This document shows, one piece after another, positions 58,251-64,000 of a DNA stretch of 64,000 nucleotides. The position numbers and the translations under genes were made by a program. Source of the stretch: Planctomycetota bacterium (GTDB lineage: Bacteria; Planctomycetota; B15-G4; JADJEK01); NCBI GenBank assembly GCA_052034255.1, contig JBPOIU010000031.1, positions 20,355 through 84,354 of the forward strand. The letters run 5' to 3'. Within the stretch, counting starts at the first letter, position 1. Each line of letters begins with the position of its first letter. Under the pieces are notes generated by a model. It was not told the origin of the DNA. It made no database searches and was given only the letters and a program-made list of their open reading frames with translations.

Positions 58251-60158
58251 ATGATCGATCTGTCCTCGACGCGCGCGCGTGTCTTCGCGTTCGTCGTCCT
58301 GCTGGTCTTTTGCGCCCTCGCGTTCGTCAGCGTGCGCGAGGTCGAGAAGGCGCAGCGCGAGATCGATCTGATCCTCGACGAGGGAGTCGTCGGTCTCGAC
58401 CGGGCGGAAGACATGCTGCAGTCGCTGCTCGACTTGCGCACCGCGGTGATCTCGACACTGTTGCCGGCGACCGCCGCGGATCGTGAGGCGCTGGCGCTCG
58501 AGTTGGAGGATCGGCTGGTCGCGCTCGATCGGCAGAACGACCGCTTGGCCGAACTGCAGCTCGAACACATGTTGCACGAAGACGAGAGCATCGCGCTGAC
58601 GGGACTCGTCGACGTCGCGGAGGAGTCCGTCCGCCAAGTCGTCGCGCAGGTCCGAGTGCCCGGTGGCGACATGGCCGTATCGGTACGCAAGGCCACCGAC
58701 GTTTCGGCGCAGCTCGATGCATGTGCGGCGGAGCTCCACGCGCTTGCGACCCGCGTCGCGGGGCGCGCGCGCGTGGCGGACTCCGCGATCCCCGAAGCGC
58801 TGTCGCAGGCGCAACACCTGACGCTGGCGATGGCGAGTCTCACGTTCCTGATCGCGGTGTTCGGGCTGGTCCGCGTCGTGGAATCGCGGCGTGCTCGACT
58901 GGCCGAGTCCATCGCGACCCGCGTGCTCGCGCGCACTCCGCAGCCGCCGATCGTGGTCGCCGGCGACCGGCCGCTGCGCATCGTCCACGTCCTCAGTCAC
59001 ACCGATGCGACGCGCGGCGGCGCGATCCAGGCGCTGTTGCTCGCGCGTGAACAGCAGCGCGCGGGCCATCACGTCACCGTGATCGCGAACAGCAAGTCGA
59101 GACGCCGCGAGGCGCACGCGACGTTCAAGCCCTGGTCGGATGCCGGGCTCGACTTCCGGATGCTGCCGATGGGCGCTCCGCAGCGGGTCTGGATGTCGCC
59201 GCGCGGCGTGATGCGGATGCGCGCCATGCTGAAGGCGATCCCGCACGACGTGATCCACGTCCATCGCGATCGGGCATTGCTCTACGTGTTGGCCGCGACG
59301 GCGGGCATGGAGCCGCCCGCGCTGATCTCGCAGCGCGGCACGACGCGTCGTTTTCGGCACGTCGTCATCGCGATCGCGCATCGTTCGCCGTGCGTCCATC
59401 GGATCATCGCGGTCGCGCAGGCCGTCAAGGACGCGTTGGTGGAGCAGAACGTCGACGCCGCGAAGGTCGACGTCGTCTACGGCTCCTTCGACGTCGATCG
59501 CTTCGATCCGCAGCGCATCGATCGCGCGGCGGCGCGGAAGGCGCTTCGCATCGCCGCCGATCAGTTCGTATTGCTCGCGCTCGGAGAGCTGAATCCGCGC
59601 AAGGACCCCGCGACGTACATCGACGCGTTCGCGCGCGTGATGGCGCAGCATCCCCACGTCGTCGCTCTGCACGCGGGCGACGCGAAGGCGGAACGACGGG
59701 CCGAATACGAACGCCTCGCGAACGAACGCTGCGGTGATCGCATGCGCTTCCTCGGCTGGCGGTCGGACGTCCCGGAACTGCTCGCCGCGGCGGATGTCGT
59801 CGTCAACGCGTCGGTCGGCGACGAAGGCTTGACCGGAACGGTGCGCGAAGCCCTCGCCATGGCGAAGCCCGTGGTTTGCACGCAGACCGACGGCAATCCG
59901 GAACTCGTCACCGATGAAGTCACCGGCATCCTGGTCCCGCGCCGGAAGCCGGGGGTGATGGCCGAGGCGATCGTGCGCCTGATGAACGACCCTGCGCTGC
60001 GCGAACGACTGGGGACGGCCGGGCGAGAGCGCGTGCTCGAACGCATGACGCTCGCGGTGCGCGCTCCGCGCGTGGAACAGATCTACCGCGAGGTCCTGGC
60101 CAGTCGCTCGTCCGCGGCGTCCGCTCCGCCGCCCGCCTCCATGCCCTCGAACGCGTGA
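58251..60158 (+). CDS. TM / four-helix-bundle sensor-like domain / TM fused to GT4 (GT-B) glycosyltransferase
   Basis: GGAGGAG RBS; two TMs flank about 160 helical residues; then RIVHVLS...GGAIQ and [25 protein letters not shown] (EX7E). Confidence 0.8.
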   Translation: MIDLSSTRARVFAFVVLLVFCALAFVSVREVEKAQREIDLILDEGVVGLDRAEDMLQSLLDLRTAVISTLLPATAADREALALELEDRLVALDRQNDRLAELQLEHMLHEDESIALTGLVDVAEESVRQVVAQVRVPGGDMAVSVRKATDVSAQLDACAAELHALATRVAGRARVADSAIPEALSQAQHLTLAMASLTFLIAVFGLVRVVESRRARLAESIATRVLARTPQPPIVVAGDRPLRIVHVLSHTDATRGGAIQALLLAREQQRAGHHVTVIANSKSRRREAHATFKPWSDAGLDFRMLPMGAPQRVWMSPRGVMRMRAMLKAIPHDVIHVHRDRALLYVLAATAGMEPPALISQRGTTRRFRHVVIAIAHRSPCVHRIIAVAQAVKDALVEQNVDAAKVDVVYGSFDVDRFDPQRIDRAAARKALRIAADQFVLLALGELNPRKDPATYIDAFARVMAQHPHVVALHAGDAKAERRAEYERLANERCGDRMRFLGWRSDVPELLAAADVVVNASVGDEGLTGTVREALAMAKPVVCTQTDGNPELVTDEVTGILVPRRKPGVMAEAIVRLMNDPALRERLGTAGRERVLERMTLAVRAPRVEQIYREVLASRSSAASAPPPASMPSNA

Positions 60159-60230
60159 CATCCCCGGTTCGCGCGGGCGCCGGCTGCATGGCGGGCACTC
60201 CCCGTGCCGTCGAGCGACCAACCGCCGCAG

Positions 60231-60259
60231 TTGGGATCCATATGAAGGTGCGCTAACAT
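60231..60259 (+). promoter_or_regulatory. Sigma70-like promoter TTGGGA-N17-TAACAT for the thiolase operon
   Basis: Canonical spacing, about 33 nt upstream of ATG 60292. Confidence 0.55.
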
Positions 60260-60291
60260 CCTCGGCCTTTGACCCGTCTTGGGAGAGCGCC

Positions 60292-61476
60292 ATGTTGGAA
60301 GCCGTCATCGTCAGCGCGTGCCGCACCCCGATCGGCAAGTTCCAAGGCGCGTTCGCGTCGATGCGCGCTCCGGAGTTGGGCGCGATCGCGATCAAGGATG
60401 CGGTTGCGCGCGCCGGCGTGGCGCCGACCGACGTCGAAGAAGTGATCTTCGGTTGCGTGCTGCAAGCCGGTCTCGGCCAGAACCCGGCGCGTCAGGCCGC
60501 GCGCGGCGCGGGGCTACCGGACGCGATCGGTTCGGTGACCATCAACAAGGTCTGCGGATCGGGGCTGAAGTCGGTGATGCTCGCCGCGCAGGCGATTCGC
60601 GCCGGTGACGCCAAGTGCCTGGTCGCGGGCGGCATGGAATCGATGTCGAACGCGCCGTACCTGCTGCCGTCGGGCCGCAATGGCGCGCGCCTCGGTCACA
60701 CGCAACTGCTCGACGCGATGGTCCATGACGGTCTGTGGGACATCTACAACGACTATCACATGGGCATCACGGCGGAGAACGTCGCGACGCGGTACGAGAT
60801 CGGCCGCGAGCAGCAGGACCAATTCGCCGCGAACTCGCAGAGCAAGGCCGTCGCCGCGATGAAGGCCGGCAAGTTCGCGAATGAGATCACGCCGGTCCCC
60901 GTCCCGCAGAAGAAGGGCGAGCCGGTGCTGATCAAGGACGACGAAGGACCGCGCGCCGAGTCGACGGCGGATGCGCTCGCGAAGCTGCGTCCGGCGTTCA
61001 AGAAGGACGGCACCGTGACGCCCGGCAACGCGTCGACGATCAACGACGGCGCCGCCGCGGTGGTCGTCATGGAAGCGCAGGAAGCGAAGCGTCGGGGCTT
61101 GAAGCCGCTCGCGCGGATCCTCGGCTACGCGACCGGCGGCATGGCTCCCGAGTGGGTCATGATGGCGCCCGTCGAGGCGGTGAAGAACCTGAACGGCAAG
61201 CTCGGATTGAAGGCGGACGCGTACGGCGTCGTCGAGCTGAACGAAGCGTTCGCGGTGCAGGCGCTCGCCGTCACGCGCGAATGCGGTTTCGATCCGGCGC
61301 GCGTCAACGTCAACGGTGGCGCGGTGGCGCTCGGGCATCCGATCGGAGCTTCCGGCTGCCGCGTGCTGGTCACGCTGTTGCACGCGATGGAGCAGAAGAA
61401 CGAGCGGCTCGGCCTCGCGAGCCTGTGTCTCGGCGGCGGCAACGCCGTCGCGCTCGCGGTCGAGCGCATCGCCTGA
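60292..61476 (+). CDS. Acetyl-CoA C-acetyltransferase (thiolase)
   Basis: [34 protein letters not shown]. Confidence 0.95.
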   Translation: MLEAVIVSACRTPIGKFQGAFASMRAPELGAIAIKDAVARAGVAPTDVEEVIFGCVLQAGLGQNPARQAARGAGLPDAIGSVTINKVCGSGLKSVMLAAQAIRAGDAKCLVAGGMESMSNAPYLLPSGRNGARLGHTQLLDAMVHDGLWDIYNDYHMGITAENVATRYEIGREQQDQFAANSQSKAVAAMKAGKFANEITPVPVPQKKGEPVLIKDDEGPRAESTADALAKLRPAFKKDGTVTPGNASTINDGAAAVVVMEAQEAKRRGLKPLARILGYATGGMAPEWVMMAPVEAVKNLNGKLGLKADAYGVVELNEAFAVQALAVTRECGFDPARVNVNGGAVALGHPIGASGCRVLVTLLHAMEQKNERLGLASLCLGGGNAVALAVERIA

Positions 61477-61567
61477 AGTCGCATCGAAGCCAGCGGCCGC
61501 GCGAGCGGCCGCTCGGCGTTGCGGTGGAACTCGAATCCTTTCTTTCGACCTCTCACGCAGGACTCCC

Positions 61568-62419
<852 letters not shown>

Positions 62420-62491
62420 ACCGAGTTCGAACGCCGCCGCCGGAGCGGCACTCGACACGAACGCAACGACCACGCTCTGGAGCCCGACGCG

Positions 62492-63646
62492 ATGGACTTC
62501 AACCTGCCCGAAGACCTGGTGCTGCTGCAGCAGACGGTGCGCAAGTTCGCGGACGACGAGGTCGCGCCGCACGCGGCCGACCGCGATCGAGCCCATGAGT
62601 TCCCGCTCGCGCTGATCCGCAGTGCCGCGAACCTCGGACTGATGGGCGCATCGGTACCGGAGGAGTGGGGCGGTTCGTCGCTCGGAAACCTCGGCGGTTC
62701 TCTGATCACCGAGGAGGTCTCCCGCGTCGACGCTTCGCTCGGTGTCGCGCTGTCGGTCCACAACTCACTGGTCGCGACGCCGATCCTGCGCTTCGGAGCC
62801 GACGACTTGAAGCGCAAGTACCTGCCGAAGCTCGCTTCCGGCGAGTGGCTCGGCGCCTACGCGCTGACCGAGGCACAAGCCGGATCGGATGCGGCCAATC
62901 AGGCGACGAAGGCCGAGAAGCGTGGCGACACGTACGTGCTGAACGGCGTGAAGATGTGGATCACGAATGGCGCGTACGCCGACGTGTTCATCGTGTTCGC
63001 GCGCACGTCGATGGATGACCCGACGAAGAAGCACAAGGGCATCACGGCGTTCGTCGTGGAGAAGACGATGCCGGGCATCCGTCCCGGCAAGACCGAGCAC
63101 AAGCTCGGCATCCGCGCGTCGTCGACTACCGAACTCGTCCTCGATCAGTGCGTCGTGCCGGCGTCCAACGTCCTCGGCGAAGTCGGCAAGGGCTTCTCGG
63201 TCGCGATGGACACGTTGGACGGCGGCCGCATCGGGATCGCATCGCAGGCGATCGGCATCGCGCAGGGCTGCCTCGACGCGTCGCTGAAGTACGCGAAGCA
63301 GCGCAAGCAATTCAATCGCCCGCTGGCGGACTTCCAGGCGATCCAGTGGAAGCTCGCCGAGATGGCGACGGGTATCGAATCGGCCCGACTGCTCGTGCGC
63401 CGAGCGGCATGGCTGCGCGATCGCGGCGAGCCGTGCTCGGTCGCCGCGTCGATGGCGAAGATGCAGGCCTCGGTGATGGCGAATCGTTGTGCCGAGGAAG
63501 CCGTGCAGATCCACGGCGGAGCCGGCTATACGACCGACTTCCCGGTCGAGCGCTTCATGCGCGATGCGCGGATCACGGAGATCTACGAAGGTACGACCGA
63601 GATCCAGCATCTCGTGATCGCGAAGCACGTGTTGTCGGCGACCTGA
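62492..63646 (+). CDS. Acyl-CoA dehydrogenase (short/branched-chain, Bcd-like)
   Basis: ALTEAQAGSDA, NGVKMWITNG, GRIGIASQA, QIHGGAGY, IYEGTTEIQ. Confidence 0.93.
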   Translation: MDFNLPEDLVLLQQTVRKFADDEVAPHAADRDRAHEFPLALIRSAANLGLMGASVPEEWGGSSLGNLGGSLITEEVSRVDASLGVALSVHNSLVATPILRFGADDLKRKYLPKLASGEWLGAYALTEAQAGSDAANQATKAEKRGDTYVLNGVKMWITNGAYADVFIVFARTSMDDPTKKHKGITAFVVEKTMPGIRPGKTEHKLGIRASSTTELVLDQCVVPASNVLGEVGKGFSVAMDTLDGGRIGIASQAIGIAQGCLDASLKYAKQRKQFNRPLADFQAIQWKLAEMATGIESARLLVRRAAWLRDRGEPCSVAASMAKMQASVMANRCAEEAVQIHGGAGYTTDFPVERFMRDARITEIYEGTTEIQHLVIAKHVLSAT

Positions 63647-63664
63647 CAAGGAAGGCGAGACCGC

Positions 63665-64000
63665 GTGACGGCGACGAGCGCGCGAGCCGAAGCTTGGAAC
63701 CAGCGGGCGCGATCGGGGGATCGCGTGGCGCTGGCACGCCTGCTGACGCTGGCGGAGCGCGGCGGCGACGAGTTCGCCACGGTGCATCCGGCGATCCATG
63801 CGGCGATGGGGCACGCGCACCGGATCGGCTTCACCGGTCCGCCCGGAGCCGGCAAGAGCACGTTGGTCGAAGCCTATGCGCTCGATCTGCGCAAGCGCCA
63901 GGAGAGCGTGGCGGTGATCTGCGTCGACCCGACCAGCCCGTTCACGGGCGGCGCTCTGCTCGGTGACCGCGTGCGCATGAATCGTTTGACGCTCGACCCG
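63665..64000 (+). CDS. meaB: Methylmalonyl-CoA mutase-associated GTPase (runs off window end)
   Basis: My translation: ALARLLT...RIGFTGPPGAGKSTL...VDPTSPFTGGALLGDRVRM. Confidence 0.92.
   Translation, partial: MTATSARAEAWNQRARSGDRVALARLLTLAERGGDEFATVHPAIHAAMGHAHRIGFTGPPGAGKSTLVEAYALDLRKRQESVAVICVDPTSPFTGGALLGDRVRMNRLTLDP

Noticed and set aside
56124-60395. 1423-aa minus-strand ORF
   Set aside because: Antisense shadow of uup and the sensor-GT4 gene; Arg/Ala-rich with no motifs, as expected in high-GC DNA.
61492-61513. 9-bp GC hairpin between thiolase and hbd
   Set aside because: No U-tract and intra-operonic; at most an mRNA stability element.

Overview
Visibly very GC-rich bacterial chromosome segment (GC not computed). 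The gene content (CRTAC1/ASPIC-UnbV FG-GAP protein, long LepB, CHAT proteins) suggests Planctomycetota; this is an inference. About 50 CDS are supportable. Housekeeping blocks: rph-rdgB-lepA-lepB-lptB; argS-apt; aat; recQ; uup; dsbD; thiolase-hbd-acyl-CoA dehydrogenase-meaB. Also present: a surface-glycosylation-like cluster, an HD-GYP response regulator, an HDOD protein, a Mo-bisPGD oxidoreductase with a fused FeS/NrfD partner, and a twin ATP-grasp plus methyltransferase unit. Most notable: (1) a c-di-GMP-I riboswitch directly upstream of a FliA/WhiG sigma factor; (2) an accessory island with ECF sigma, membrane anti-sigma-like protein and a catalytically intact CHAT protease, flanked by two large secreted proteins; (3) a chemoreceptor-like four-helix sensor fused to a GT4 glycosyltransferase; (4) an unannotated structured RNA candidate of about 280 nt with its own terminator between recQ and the molybdoenzyme; (5) a second, stand-alone secreted CHAT protease. 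I saw no rRNA, tRNA, CRISPR array or transposase gene. Many long ORFs in the supplied track are high-GC shadow frames, and several true starts lie downstream of the listed ORF starts.
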